A stretch of DNA of 64,000 nucleotides, from assembly GCA_046757725.1 (NCBI GenBank), contig JBHHYU010000001.1, positions 25,548 through 89,547 of the forward strand, in the 5' to 3' direction. This document shows, in pieces, positions 10,762 to 24,066 of the stretch. A program made the translations under genes and the position numbers. Under the pieces are notes generated by a model that did not search any database, was not told the DNA's origin, and saw only the letters and a program-made list of their open reading frames with translations. Source of the DNA: Candidatus Binatia bacterium. Its GTDB lineage: Bacteria; Desulfobacterota; Binatia; UBA9968. Numbering within the stretch: the first letter of the stretch is position 1; every line of letters starts with the position of its first letter.

Positions 10762-11339
10762 TTACCACCCATTTTGAATATGACCGACTAGCCGGTCAAT
10801 TTTATTTTCCGCTTAAACTGGCTTGATGTCAATGCGCCTCCACGGTTTTTTTCTTGGCTGAGAGCGTGGTGTAAAAAACGTTATCGGGCCTGTGAGCGGT
10901 TCTCGAATCTATGTTAAAAGGTGTGGGGACCTCATACCCACTGCACTTACCCCAAGGCGAAGGATACAACCACCTGTGAGATGAAATACAATATCTTTAA
11001 AAGCAGCGGAATCTTTCTGTGCCGAACCAAAGTTTGGTACGGGGGCCACCAAGGTGTTTAAAAAGTCAGGAAAAACAGCATCGAGTAATTGAGCCCAAGT
11101 TGTATACAAACCGGTGAGATTTCAATGCTGTGTGAAGCGCACGGTATAAGCGTTTCTATCACACGACGCTGACACGAAGAGAATTGCGTTTTTCCGTAAA
11201 ATCAGGTCACTTCCACGCCACACTTGCGGCCGGACAACGGCGGAGGTCTCACCGTTGATTAAAAGATGGCAGTACTTTACAATGCCTTCTCCTGGGGCGT
11301 GAAGACAAAACTAGCCGTATGAATAAGCGTAGCGTGGAT

Positions 11340-12113
11340 CTACTTCCGGCCCTTGGATTCCTGCCGACCCGAAAGAGGACCTTTCTCTTGCCCCCTTTTT
11401 TTTCGGTCTCCCTCAGGAATGATAAGCAGACGACGGTAAGCACCCGTGCCTAGGCTTCGGGTTGTTAGCCACGGGTCATCTTGGAGGGCAACATGAATTA
11501 TCCGGCGGTCGGCCGCAGTTAAAGCATTTACGGTAACAGTCTTTCTTTGCCTCTTGGCCTTTTCTCCAAAACGCAAGGCCATGTCCTCCAGGTTTTTTCG
11601 TTTGCGCGCGCGATAATTTCCCGTATCAATAACCAACTGCGGCCCTTCTCTCCCTTGCCCTTCACCTGTAATGCGCATCACGAGGTATTGCAAGGCCTCA
11701 AGGGTTTGCCCTTTACGCCCAATTAGAAGGCTACCACAGTCTCCGTGAATATCCAGACTAACCTCCTCCGCTGTTTCTCCCGGCTTAACGTTGACGGTAG
11801 ATGGAACACCCATAAGCCTGAGAATCTCTGCCAGGACCTCTCTTCCCTTTTGGCCCAACGCGGCTGCCTCCTCATCCGTTATCCGCTTCTCCTCGGGGAG
11901 TTGCTTCCCCACAGGTTCTTCATCCGCCAATAATGACCTTCTGAGAGATGCTCGGATGCGTGCCTTCTGGGACCCGAATCCCAAAATGCCCTTCCTTCCC
12001 TCGGTCAGGATATCCACAGTCACTTTATCACGCTCGACGCCTAACACCTTGAGAGCGTTGTCTATCGCTTTATCGATGGTTTCACTCTCGGTTTCCACAG
12101 ATTCCATTTCCAT
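11340..12113 (-). CDS. jag: Jag/SpoIIIJ-associated RNA-binding protein (Jag_N, KH and R3H domains)
   Basis: 257-aa ORF directly downstream of yidC. Carries Jag_N (IDKAIDNALKVLGV), KH-like (GSLLIGRKGQTLEALQYL) and R3H (RRIIHVALQ) segments. Confidence 0.8.
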   Translation of the reverse strand: MEMESVETESETIDKAIDNALKVLGVERDKVTVDILTEGRKGILGFGSQKARIRASLRRSLLADEEPVGKQLPEEKRITDEEAAALGQKGREVLAEILRLMGVPSTVNVKPGETAEEVSLDIHGDCGSLLIGRKGQTLEALQYLVMRITGEGQGREGPQLVIDTGNYRARKRKNLEDMALRFGEKAKRQRKTVTVNALTAADRRIIHVALQDDPWLTTRSLGTGAYRRLLIIPEGDRKKRGQEKGPLSGRQESKGRK

Positions 12114-12141
12114 GGATCAAACACCTCCAGAAGAATCCGTC

Positions 12142-13767
12142 CTACTGCTCTTTCCGATTGATCAGATATTGTTGCGCAATACTGAGGATGTTATTCATCA
12201 GCCAGTAGATGGTCAAACCAGCCGGGAATGTGACGAACATGGCTGTAAAAATCACCGGCATCATAAGCATCATACGCCTCTGGTTGGGGTCCCCGGCGCT
12301 GGGCGTCATCCATTGCTGGACGAACATGCTGACCCCCATAAGAATAACGAGGATGGGAATGCCCACGTGATAACCGAAAAGGTTTAATGGTAAAGACTCC
12401 CAATCGGGGCGGGAGAGGTCTTGAATCCACATGAAAGGGGCATGGCGGAGCTCAATGGGCGTAAGCAGTGCTTTATAAAGACCGAGGAAGACCGGGAACT
12501 GAAATAGCATCGGTAGGCATCCCCCTAATGGATTGACCTTGTTGCGCCGATAGAGCTCCATGATCTCTTTATTCAATTTTTCTTTGTCGTCTTTGAACCT
12601 TTCCTTTATCCGCTCCATTTGAGGTTGCAGCTTCTGCATTCGTTTCATCGAGACATAGCTCTTACGTGTCAAAGGTGCGGTGAGAAGCTTGATAATCAAG
12701 GTGAGAAGAATTATGTCGATACCATAGCTGCTTGTGAACTGATGGGAAAAACGCAGCACATAGAGGAACGGAATCGAGATAAAGGCAAACCAGCCGAAAT
12801 TAATGGACTGATCCAATCCCTTGTCCATAGCCTTCAGGACATCCAGGTCCTTTGGGCCAATGAAGAGTATGTAGCGAGCTTTATCCGCAGCAATCTCTTC
12901 AGATTGGCTCTCGAGGGCCAGAAGCAAGGCGGGTCCTTTTTGTTTAACCGTAACCTTCTTGCCTGGCCGGTTCTCGGGTAAGAGGGCAAAGAGAAAATAG
13001 GTATAACCAAACCCGGCCCAGGAAATAGGGCCATTTAGCTCTTTGCCCTCCTTAAGGGCTTTTGGAGCTTCGCGGTGTATTTCACTGTCAATGAGGGCTA
13101 GGAATCCCTCAAACGGTGCTCCCTTTGTGGACCCTTTGTCGTTTGCCTCGGAAGTCAACAGTAGGCTTGGAGGTTGTCCTTTAGTTCCTTCGGCGGAAAC
13201 CTCCAGACCAATAGAGTAACCTGAACCGACAAATGTAAACTTCTTGGTGAGTGTCACTCCGAAGGGAGATCGGGCGTGAAACAGCAGAGTCCCTTTCGCA
13301 TTTCCAGTAAGCCTTAGTGGACCCCCTTGAATTTTATACATCAGACCATTGTCATTGAACGGCTTGGGACGCTGTATCTGTAAACCTAAGGGATAGGGTA
13401 CCCCGGGTGCAGTAGAGATCATTTCAAAGGCGGGGCTCTCCCTGTCCACAGAGCGTCGGTAATGCTTAAGAATGAAACTCTTAAGGCGCCCCCCCCGATT
13501 GGTCAAGACCGCTATGTATTGGTCTGTCTCCACTTTGACCTCTTCTTCTAGCTGTTCCTGAAGAGTAGGGGCGGTCGCAAGTTCCTTGTCAGGTTCCCTG
13601 TACGGGGCAGGCTTCGGTTTCAATGGAGGCGCGACGGCCTTCTTAATTGTTTTTTGCTTCTCTCGCCTCGGTTGGGGAGCGGTACCGTAATGACGTCCCA
13701 CCCACGCTTGGTAGACGATTAGAATCAGAAGAGAAAGAATGACGGCCATCAGTGTACGTTTTTCCAT
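12142..13767 (-). CDS. yidC: Membrane protein insertase YidC
   Basis: 541-aa ORF with an N-terminal TM, a large periplasmic domain, and a C-terminal 60-kDa IMP core (KMQKLQPQMERIKERFKDDKEKLNKEIMELYRRNKVNPLGGCLP). Confidence 0.92.
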   Translation of the reverse strand: MEKRTLMAVILSLLILIVYQAWVGRHYGTAPQPRREKQKTIKKAVAPPLKPKPAPYREPDKELATAPTLQEQLEEEVKVETDQYIAVLTNRGGRLKSFILKHYRRSVDRESPAFEMISTAPGVPYPLGLQIQRPKPFNDNGLMYKIQGGPLRLTGNAKGTLLFHARSPFGVTLTKKFTFVGSGYSIGLEVSAEGTKGQPPSLLLTSEANDKGSTKGAPFEGFLALIDSEIHREAPKALKEGKELNGPISWAGFGYTYFLFALLPENRPGKKVTVKQKGPALLLALESQSEEIAADKARYILFIGPKDLDVLKAMDKGLDQSINFGWFAFISIPFLYVLRFSHQFTSSYGIDIILLTLIIKLLTAPLTRKSYVSMKRMQKLQPQMERIKERFKDDKEKLNKEIMELYRRNKVNPLGGCLPMLFQFPVFLGLYKALLTPIELRHAPFMWIQDLSRPDWESLPLNLFGYHVGIPILVILMGVSMFVQQWMTPSAGDPNQRRMMLMMPVIFTAMFVTFPAGLTIYWLMNNILSIAQQYLINRKEQ

Positions 13768-13789
13768 AGATCAAAAGTCTTCTAATACC

Positions 13790-14164
13790 TTATTTTCGTA
13801 ATGCGTGGAAAATGTGCCAAATTCGAGGTCTGCGGGAACCCCCTGACCAGAGCCGGGCTCGCCTAGTCTGTTGGATCAAAGGTAGGGAGCCAATCTTTCT
13901 TTTTGAGGGTAGGTCTATGGTGGAGAGGGGCTTTTCAATCGCCTGAGGAACCGGATCATAGCCCCCGGGATTCGCCGGGTGACATTGAATGATCCGATGG
14001 AAGCCGAGCTGTATTCCTCTCTTGATCCCGTGTTGTTCTATGGCCTCCAGGGCGTAAGCCGAGCAGCTAGGAAAAAAGCGGCAGGACCGGGGCAGGCAAG
14101 GAGACAAGAAGCGACGGTATCCTACAAGCGTGAAAATAATGACTCTCTGGCACAACCCAACCAC
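13790..14164 (-). CDS. yidD: Membrane protein insertion efficiency factor YidD (start uncertain)
   Basis: The conserved core YRRFLSPCLPRSCRFFPSCSAYALEAIEQHGIKRG..HRIIQCHPANPGGYDPVP lies in ORF 13790..14290. The first 42 codons of that ORF overlap rnpA. A GTG at 14164 overlaps the rnpA TAG stop by 1 nt and is the most economical start. Confidence 0.7.
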   Translation of the reverse strand: MVGLCQRVIIFTLVGYRRFLSPCLPRSCRFFPSCSAYALEAIEQHGIKRGIQLGFHRIIQCHPANPGGYDPVPQAIEKPLSTIDLPSKRKIGSLPLIQQTRRARLWSGGSRRPRIWHIFHALRK

Positions 14165-14523
14165 TAACCTTGCCGACTCCCTCGATTGGCCAAGACTTTC
14201 CTGAGTTCCCCTGTCAATTCCTCGAAGGAGAGCGCTCCTGACCCTTTTTTTGCGATTATCACGAAATCTCGTCGCGGAGACAACTCGCAACGATAGCGAC
14301 GAAAGAACTCCCTCAAAAACCTCTTGAGACGGTTGCGAACAACGGCCCGCCCCACCCTTGCGCTAACCGTGACTCCCAGTCGATTTTCTCCCTTGTCATT
14401 GGTTTTGCTGAGGACAACAAAATGCGAAGTATACGCCTTTTTCCCTCCTCGTGACAGGTTCAAAAACTCAGAGCGGCGCGTAAGACGGGCTTGCTTTGCA
14501 AACCTTTCCCCGTCTACAGTCAA
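14164..14523 (-). CDS. rnpA: Ribonuclease P protein component
   Basis: 119-aa basic ORF between rpmH and yidD. Contains the RNR-type motif GRAVVRNRLKRFLRE. Confidence 0.85.
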   Translation of the reverse strand: MTVDGERFAKQARLTRRSEFLNLSRGGKKAYTSHFVVLSKTNDKGENRLGVTVSARVGRAVVRNRLKRFLREFFRRYRCELSPRRDFVIIAKKGSGALSFEELTGELRKVLANRGSRQG

Positions 14524-14540
14524 TGGACCACCATTCTAGT

Positions 14541-14702
14541 CTAGGAGCGAGCTCGTTTCGGCGGCACTGTGACGGTCAACTTTTTACGACCCTTCGCTCG
14601 TCTCCGTCTAATGACATTGCGGCCCCCCGGTGTTTCCATCCTGGTGAGGAAACCATGGGTCCTTTTTCGTTTTATATTACTTGGCTGATAAGTTCTTTTC
14701 AT
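14541..14702 (-). CDS. rpmH: 50S ribosomal protein L34
   Basis: Not in the ORF track (53 aa). Hand translation of the minus strand gives [53 protein letters not shown], the canonical L34 N-terminus, in the canonical position upstream of rnpA. Confidence 0.9.
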   Translation of the reverse strand: MKRTYQPSNIKRKRTHGFLTRMETPGGRNVIRRRRAKGRKKLTVTVPPKRARS

Positions 14703-14760
14703 AAAAGCAAAATCGCCCCCTCACCTTGTATTTCAACCACAGAGCGGTGCTCTTGTCAAT

Positions 14761-15768
14761 TTACAGAATTTCAGCCTTTAGAGACCGCTGCATCAGATGA
14801 CGCGCGGCTTCTAACGGTTCCTTGCCTTCATGGAGAACAAGATACATCTGCTCTACGATAGGCATTTCTACCCCAAGCCGGAGAGCAAGGAGATGCACGG
14901 ACCTAGTATTTCTTATTCCCTCTGCTACCATGTGCATCCCGTCCAGAACCTCGTCGATGTTTTTCCCCTGTGCGATCTGTAGGCCGACTTGACGGTTCCG
15001 GCTCAATTCTCCCGTACAGGTCAGAATCAAATCTCCCAAACCGGGCAATCCGGAAAGGGTAAGTGGATTTCCTCCCATCCTGACTGCTAGACGCGTCATC
15101 TCAGCGAGTCCACGAGTGATCAATCCTGCGCGAGCATTGTAACCTAAACCCAACCCATCGGTGATACCCGCAGTAATGGCAATCACGTTTTTGACTACGC
15201 CGCCCATCTGTACCCCAATCACGTCCTTGGAAGTATAGACTCTAAGAGTCTCCGTGCTAAGGGTCTTCTGGATATCCTGCCCCACCTGCTCACAGGGAGC
15301 TGCCACGGTAATAGCGGCCGGCAAACCTTGTGCTACTTCGAAGGCAAAGGTCGGACCGGATAAAAAGGCGGTTCTCTCTTTCTGCGAATCACCAAAGATA
15401 TCGCCCAGTACCTCCCCCATGGTCATCAAGCTTCCCTCTTCGATGCCCTTTGTTCCACACACTATGATAACGTGAGAGGCCAGGTAAGAAAGGGTCTTTT
15501 GTAAAACTTCGCGTACCCCATGAGACGGCACGGCGCAAAAGAGGAGTTCTTTGCCGGAAACGGCTTCTTTTAACGCACAGGTAACCTTAAGTGAGTGAGG
15601 GAGAGGGATACCAGGAAGATAGGAGGAATTTATCCCTTTCTCTTGAATCTGCCGACAGCACTCTGCTCCACGACACCAGAGAGTTACCTGGTGGCCCTTT
15701 TCACATAGCAGCTTGGCCAGGGCGGTTCCCCATCCCCCGGCTCCTATAACTGCTATTGCTTTTCCCAT
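14761..15768 (-). CDS. gpsA: NAD(P)H-dependent glycerol-3-phosphate dehydrogenase
   Basis: 335-aa ORF. Rossmann N-terminus IAVIGAGGWGTALA and the GpsA C-terminal domain (GLGDLILTCTG.LSRNR). Confidence 0.9.
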   Translation of the reverse strand: MGKAIAVIGAGGWGTALAKLLCEKGHQVTLWCRGAECCRQIQEKGINSSYLPGIPLPHSLKVTCALKEAVSGKELLFCAVPSHGVREVLQKTLSYLASHVIIVCGTKGIEEGSLMTMGEVLGDIFGDSQKERTAFLSGPTFAFEVAQGLPAAITVAAPCEQVGQDIQKTLSTETLRVYTSKDVIGVQMGGVVKNVIAITAGITDGLGLGYNARAGLITRGLAEMTRLAVRMGGNPLTLSGLPGLGDLILTCTGELSRNRQVGLQIAQGKNIDEVLDGMHMVAEGIRNTRSVHLLALRLGVEMPIVEQMYLVLHEGKEPLEAARHLMQRSLKAEIL

Positions 15769-15837
15769 GGTCTTTGTGATTGGCTAAGTCCCACTCGATA
15801 TTTTTGTTGCTCATCAACCGATCGGTGACAGGCGCAT

Positions 15838-18279
15838 TTATTCCTCCTCTTCCTTTTCCGCCAATCGTGCCAAGGAAACCACTTTCTCCCCGTCTTCGAG
15901 GTCAATGAGACGGACTCCCTGCGTATTACGTCCAATAATCCGAATATCCTTGACTCTCAAGCGAATAATCTTGCCCCTATTGGTTACCAGCATCAGTTGG
16001 TCATCTTCAGTCGCTTGCCGGACACCGACTACCGGCCCGGTCCTTTCGGTGGTTTTCATGGTAATGATTCCTTTACCGCCACGGGATTGAAGACGATACT
16101 CTTCCATGTCGGTGCGTTTGCCATAGCCGTTTTCCGCTACCGTTAGAATATTGGCGCTCGGGCTTAAGATCTCCATGCTTACCACTGCATCGCCCTGGTC
16201 CAGTCGCATCCCCACGACTCCGTGCGTCCCTCGCCCCGTAGCCCGAACCTGCCCCTCCTTGAAATGGACGGACTGGCCATTCAGGCTGGAGAGAATAATC
16301 TCCTGATTTCCATCCGTCAGACGAACACCGATCACCTCGTCTCCTGCCTCAAGTCCTATAGCACGCGTCCCGGCTGAGCGGGGATTGGCATGGGCCATAA
16401 GTTCGGTTTTCTTGATAGCCCCATGTTTCGTAGCGAAGATCACAAAACGCCCTGCCAGGAACTCACGGACAGAGAGAAAGGCAGAGACCTTTTCTCCGTC
16501 ATCCAAGTGCAGGAGGTTGACGATGGGTTTTCCCCTGGCCGCTCTGCCCGCCTGGGGAAGTTCATGGACCTTGAGCCAGTAGACTTTGCCTGTCGTGGTA
16601 AAAAAGAGGATGTAAGAGTGAGTGGAAGCGACAAAGAGATATTCAACAAAATCCTCGTCCCGTGTTGTGGCCCCAATCTTCCCCTTTCCACCTCGCCGCT
16701 GTGCGCGGTAGAGTGTTACCGGATTACGCTTAATATATCCCTCGTGGGAGATGGTAACGACCATATCTTCTTCGACGATGAGATCCTCAATGGATATCTC
16801 TTCAGAGCGATTCTTGATCACGGTTCGTCTTGGGTCACCGTAGCGCTCCTTAATCTCCTTCAGCTCTTGGACTATGAGTCCGTAGATTTCCTTCTCATCG
16901 GCGAGAATCCCGCGCAGTTTCACAATGAGTTGAGAAACCTCTTTGTGCTCCTGTAGGACCTTGTTACGCTCCAGTCCCGTCAACCTCTGCAATCGCATCT
17001 CCAAGATCGCTTGGGCCTGGGCCTCCGACAAACCGAGGCTCTCCATTAGCCCATCTTTGGCCATTTTGGGGTCCTTGGAGCTGCGAATGAGGGCAATCAC
17101 TGCGTCCAGATGGTCGAGGGCGATCCTCAACCCTTCGAGAATATGCAGGCGCGCCTCGGCTTTGCGTAGCTCATAGGCGGTACGGCGCGTGACGACCTCT
17201 TTACGATGGTCTAGAAATGCTTTAAGGGCCACCCTCAGGTTGAGAAGCTTGGGCCGGCCTTCCACGATGGCAAGCATATTGACACCGAAGGATTCCTGTA
17301 GGGAAGTATGCTTATAGAGCTGGTTGATCACCACCTCAGCCGCCGCATCCCGTTTGAGCTCGATGACGATACGCATCCCTTCCCGGTCGGATTCATCACG
17401 CAGATCACCTACACCATCAATTTTTTTTTCTTGAACCAGCCTGGCAATTTGCTCAATGAGGCGAACTTTGTTCACCAGATAGGGGATCTCACTAATAATA
17501 ATTTGTTCTCTACCGGTACGTTTAACAGTTTCGGTGTACGCCTTACCCCTCATTTGGATGATGCCACGGCCTTCTGCATAGGCCTGGCCGATGGTCTCTT
17601 TACCGTGGATAAAACCGCCCGTGGGAAAGTCGGGGCCAGGAATATATTTCATTAGTTCTTTGACAGAGATATCCGGCTTTTTCACCATGGCTGCCAATCC
17701 GTCTATCACTTCTCCCAGGTTATGCGGGGGGATATTAGTAGCCATTCCCACAGCAATACCGGAGGTGCCGTTGATTAATAAATTGGGTATGCGGGAAGGG
17801 AGGACGGTGGGCTCTTTCAGAGAATCATCATAGTTGGGAACAAAATCAACAGTTTCCTTTTCTATGTCTGCCAAGATCTCGCCGGACAGTTGCGTCATGC
17901 GGATCTCCGTGTACCTCATGGCGGCGGGCGGATCACCATCAACGGAGCCGAAGTTCCCCTGTCCATCCACAAGGGGGTGCCGCATGGAAAAATCTTGGGC
18001 CATACGTACGATGGTGTCGTAAGCCGCTACGTCACCATGTGGATGATATTTACCTATGACGTCACCGACCACCCGGGCAGACTTTTTATAGGGGCTGTTC
18101 CAGACGTTTCCCATATCGTACATAGCATAAAGAACGCGCCGGTGAACCGGCTTTAATCCATCACGTACATCCGGGAGCGCCCGACCAATGATCACGCTCA
18201 TTGCGTAGTCCATATAGGACTGACGCATCTCGTCTTCTATGTAAACTGGGACTTTTTGCTGTTTCAGCGTGGCTTCCAT
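15838..18279 (-). CDS. gyrA: DNA gyrase subunit A
   Basis: 813-aa [32 protein letters not shown], the active-site AAMRYTE, a C-terminal beta-pinwheel repeat region, and an acidic tail. Confidence 0.97.
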   Translation of the reverse strand: MEATLKQQKVPVYIEDEMRQSYMDYAMSVIIGRALPDVRDGLKPVHRRVLYAMYDMGNVWNSPYKKSARVVGDVIGKYHPHGDVAAYDTIVRMAQDFSMRHPLVDGQGNFGSVDGDPPAAMRYTEIRMTQLSGEILADIEKETVDFVPNYDDSLKEPTVLPSRIPNLLINGTSGIAVGMATNIPPHNLGEVIDGLAAMVKKPDISVKELMKYIPGPDFPTGGFIHGKETIGQAYAEGRGIIQMRGKAYTETVKRTGREQIIISEIPYLVNKVRLIEQIARLVQEKKIDGVGDLRDESDREGMRIVIELKRDAAAEVVINQLYKHTSLQESFGVNMLAIVEGRPKLLNLRVALKAFLDHRKEVVTRRTAYELRKAEARLHILEGLRIALDHLDAVIALIRSSKDPKMAKDGLMESLGLSEAQAQAILEMRLQRLTGLERNKVLQEHKEVSQLIVKLRGILADEKEIYGLIVQELKEIKERYGDPRRTVIKNRSEEISIEDLIVEEDMVVTISHEGYIKRNPVTLYRAQRRGGKGKIGATTRDEDFVEYLFVASTHSYILFFTTTGKVYWLKVHELPQAGRAARGKPIVNLLHLDDGEKVSAFLSVREFLAGRFVIFATKHGAIKKTELMAHANPRSAGTRAIGLEAGDEVIGVRLTDGNQEIILSSLNGQSVHFKEGQVRATGRGTHGVVGMRLDQGDAVVSMEILSPSANILTVAENGYGKRTDMEEYRLQSRGGKGIITMKTTERTGPVVGVRQATEDDQLMLVTNRGKIIRLRVKDIRIIGRNTQGVRLIDLEDGEKVVSLARLAEKEEEE

Positions 18280-18351
18280 GAATCGTTAAATCCGTTCAAC
18301 CCGCTCAGACTATTCTGAACGCGTTGAATTTTTTGAGCTTTTAATCTTAGG

Positions 18352-20784
<2,433 letters not shown>

Positions 20785-20932
20785 TTATACACGGTTCAGG
20801 TTTAGATTTGCTTGGAAAGTCTAGGGGTTAGATCCGTTTACAAGCATAATAAACTCTACCGAAAAAGGGGTCAAAAGTAAAGCAAAAAGTGACCTTGAAA
20901 GCGGTTAAATTTGGGCTTAATTCAATAGTTTT

Positions 20933-20960
20933 TTGACAAACGCTTCCGTCTCCTTATACT
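20933..20960 (+). promoter_or_regulatory. Sigma70-like promoter candidate upstream of the AEC transporter gene
   Basis: TTGACA (20933-20938), 16-nt spacer, TATACT (20955-20960). Read directly; not validated. Confidence 0.35.
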
Positions 20961-21120
20961 GGACATGGATCCTCCAAAAAACCTTACGTAAGCAGAGCGC
21001 AGATAAAGCTTTTCCCAACGCTCTGGAACTTTAGCCACTGATCGAAAAGAAGATGGTTTTACACACGGAGCCAGATTTGGGTGGTTGAAGGGAACTGACG
21101 CATGAAGTTACAAAGTACCT

Positions 21121-21996
21121 ATGCATAGGATTGGACCTCTTTCTCCGGTAATCCCCGTTTTTCTTCTGATTGCGATCGGGTTTTTCTTTGCCCGGTGGAA
21201 AAAGATCAGCCTGGTCCCCGTCACAGAGATTATTGTTTACCTCGGGGCTCCCTGCCTGGTCTTTACCTCGCTGACCACCAGGCCGATCCTCGGTGCAGAT
21301 ATCGCAGTCATTCTGCTCGGTGCCCTTGGGATCATCGCAGGGGTTGGGTTGCTGATTCGGCTTTATTCCTTGGTCTTTCATTTTTCTTCTAGGGGCTTTG
21401 CCCTCCCTTTACTCTTTATGAATGCCGGCAATATGGGGATCCCTTTAGCCCTTTTCGCCTTTGGCGAGGCCGGGTTGCAGAGGGCCTCTCTTTTTTTTGT
21501 AATCATGTCAACCCTACACTATTCCCTTGGAATTTATGTCCTTAGCGGAAAGGGCAGTTGGAAAGAGATCTTTCGTTTACCACTCATTTACGCAACCGTT
21601 TTTGGCCTACTGGTTAACCTTGCCGGACTCAGCGTTCCTGACCCGGTCTTTAAAGCACTCTGGCTCCTTGGCTATTCCACTATTCCTCTAATGCTGATCA
21701 GCCTGGGTTATCGTCTTCAAAGTATTCAGTCAGTCATGTGGGCCCATTCCGTTGGCGGCGCGCTCATCCGCATCGTTGGCGGATTCGCGTCCGCCTATGG
21801 AACGGTAACCCTGCTTGGAATTCACGGAATCAACCGCCAAGTTATTCTTCTTTATGGCTGCCTCCCCTCGGCTGTGGTCAACTTCGTGCTCACCGAGAAA
21901 TATGGTCAGGACCCTGAGCTCGCCGCGTCTATTATCCTCCTTACTACCCTTTTCTCATTTGCGACAGTCCCCCTGGTCTTCTGGTTCATCTTATGA
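21121..21996 (+). CDS. AEC (auxin efflux carrier) family transporter
   Basis: 291-aa polytopic ORF with the two-repeat hydrophobic layout and sequence style of AEC/membrane transport family proteins. Confidence 0.75.
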   Translation: MHRIGPLSPVIPVFLLIAIGFFFARWKKISLVPVTEIIVYLGAPCLVFTSLTTRPILGADIAVILLGALGIIAGVGLLIRLYSLVFHFSSRGFALPLLFMNAGNMGIPLALFAFGEAGLQRASLFFVIMSTLHYSLGIYVLSGKGSWKEIFRLPLIYATVFGLLVNLAGLSVPDPVFKALWLLGYSTIPLMLISLGYRLQSIQSVMWAHSVGGALIRIVGGFASAYGTVTLLGIHGINRQVILLYGCLPSAVVNFVLTEKYGQDPELAASIILLTTLFSFATVPLVFWFIL

Positions 21997-22143
21997 GGCA
22001 ATTATACCCAGGCCGGGTGAAAGATCCTCCAACCATAAAAAGGTGAAATAATGAATAATATATTGTAGCAGGTCGGAAAAAATACCGGCGCGGTTAGGTG
22101 GCACGCAAGGTTATTCTCGTTCTGGGAAAAAGAGAATGGTGAT

Positions 22144-23877
22144 CTATGTTCGGCTCCAGCGCCAAAAAAAACCTAACCCGAGACCGAGAAAGCACAGAAG
22201 CGGCAACAGGCTGATCAGCCTGCCCGACCATAAGAATTCTCCCAGGTTAAAAGAGTTCCAGTGGTCCGGAATGGTGCCTCCCGGCTGATAAACGCGGCGA
22301 AATGGCGATTCATAAATACCAATCGGATTCGCTGACACCGGCCCTTCAAGAAGTTCCTCACCGATGTGTTCTCCAGACGGGTGGGAAAGAATCAATCGTA
22401 TCGTCTGCCCTCGAAGCAAGGGTAAAAGGTATTGGCCCATCGGATTTGGAATCCCTTGCGGAAAGCGCGGATCGACGGCCGTCGCTAGAAGCATGGTCAA
22501 TGCTGAAAACATGGCCAAGACGAGTGTGGCGCGGAAGCACTTCTGAAAAACAGGCGTCAGCGAGAGACATAGAAACGGTAAAGCGGGAATTAAAAAGCGC
22601 GGGCCCATGGCCCACCCGCCATCCCACGAGTTATACGAGGAATTCGTAAACAGGAATCCGAGGAAGATTGCGATCCACAGCACAATCTCCGCCCGCTTCT
22701 GCTGCTCGCTTGCCGTTAGCCAAATACCTAAACCCGAGAGGAAAAGCACTGGAGAAGTGAAAAACAAACCGCGGTAGCCGGAAAAGAGCAAAGCAACCAT
22801 AATTTCAAATCGGGGCCGACCAAACATACCTAAACTGAGCCCTTGATGCAGCATCCATTCGCCTTGGTAAGCGTAAGAAATCGTCACCGGGCTGCCGAAA
22901 CACAATAAATTATACCATCCGAGCACGGCTACAGGCGGTATCGCCCCCGCAATAAAAGAAAGGACCTTCCAGCGAGGTCGAGTTGCCCAGAAGACGTAAA
23001 GCGTAAAGCAGGCTACAGTGATAATGGAGGTATATTGCATGAGTAAGATAGTCCCACTGACGACACCCGCGACAAAAAGGATAAGTGCGGGACGAACGGA
23101 TGCGATCCCACTGTTTTTGTTAACCAAAAGGAGTAAATAAACAAAAAGAGATAGTACGGCGACAAGATCATGCTCAATTAGCATCGTGGAATACGGCAGC
23201 ATGAGTGTTCCCAAGCCAAACGTTAATGTTGAGGCAATATGAGCCCAGGCGGGAGATGAAGGAAAAAGCTGAAGCGAGGTCCGGTAAAAGATAACACCTC
23301 CAAGGGCCGCGATGAGGGATACCGAGAAGACGGTCGTGAAGTAGACATTCATAGTCATTGGCCACCAGTGATCCGGATGGATACCCAGGAGACGGTCAAC
23401 GTTATAGACGATAAAATAAGCCGGCACTGCGCTAAGAACGGCTCCGGGAGGTTTATTTGGGTAAATATGGCTGCCAAATCGCGATACATCTCCAGTATTC
23501 CAAGCCGTGCTGATCTGCTCAAGCGGAAGATCTGCGAGCGCAGATGGAGGGAACGTTAGCCGGCGGAGCGCCAGCCTCCCTTCCCGGTCGGGGCCAGCGG
23601 TGTAAAGCGAAAAATTCTCAATTTCTAACGTACCCTCTTCAACAATGGAGCGAACTTGGTCAAATCTGCCGTTTACGCCCCACCCTCCGCCTTGATAGAA
23701 ATAGGCATAGGTGAGGAGAAGCATGAAGAAGATCGTCAGATCTATGCGTATTTTCCTCACCTCTTTTAAATGATGAAACTTTTTGCCGGGACAGGTAGAG
23801 GTCGAAACTACTTTCGAACGACCTGGCGGCAGTTCACCTACGTTGGAAACTACAATCCCAGGGCCTTTGTTTTGCAA
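22144..23877 (-). CDS. Large polytopic membrane protein, GT-C-like (ArnT/PMT-type glycosyltransferase-like); function and start uncertain
   Basis: 577-aa ORF with more than 10 predicted TM helices and an early extracytoplasmic loop (YQGGGWGVNGRFDQ..GDVSRFGSHIYPNKPPG). The track start is a TTG, so the true start may be further downstream. Confidence 0.45.
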   Translation of the reverse strand: MQNKGPGIVVSNVGELPPGRSKVVSTSTCPGKKFHHLKEVRKIRIDLTIFFMLLLTYAYFYQGGGWGVNGRFDQVRSIVEEGTLEIENFSLYTAGPDREGRLALRRLTFPPSALADLPLEQISTAWNTGDVSRFGSHIYPNKPPGAVLSAVPAYFIVYNVDRLLGIHPDHWWPMTMNVYFTTVFSVSLIAALGGVIFYRTSLQLFPSSPAWAHIASTLTFGLGTLMLPYSTMLIEHDLVAVLSLFVYLLLLVNKNSGIASVRPALILFVAGVVSGTILLMQYTSIITVACFTLYVFWATRPRWKVLSFIAGAIPPVAVLGWYNLLCFGSPVTISYAYQGEWMLHQGLSLGMFGRPRFEIMVALLFSGYRGLFFTSPVLFLSGLGIWLTASEQQKRAEIVLWIAIFLGFLFTNSSYNSWDGGWAMGPRFLIPALPFLCLSLTPVFQKCFRATLVLAMFSALTMLLATAVDPRFPQGIPNPMGQYLLPLLRGQTIRLILSHPSGEHIGEELLEGPVSANPIGIYESPFRRVYQPGGTIPDHWNSFNLGEFLWSGRLISLLPLLCFLGLGLGFFWRWSRT

Positions 23878-24066
23878 AGAAAGTATCCGATATGACGAAT
23901 GATGTCAAAATAATGGAGACACTTTGGCAAACGGCTCCGACCGGGTAGTTTAGGGTGCTGGTGACGGATTCGGGACTGCGGAAGGCGGGCTGATCGGTGA
24001 CCGCCGTAGAAACCCTGAATTTCTGATACTCAACCTCACAAACCATTTGCTGCTATCATTTAACTC

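Noticed and set aside
10909-11109. 66-aa ORF in the tetR-jag gap
   Set aside because: TTG start, no SD, no recognisable family. There is not enough support to call a CDS.
11791-12387. 198-aa plus-strand ORF spanning the jag/yidC junction
   Set aside because: It is antisense to two conserved genes and Ser/Pro-rich, so I treat it as spurious.
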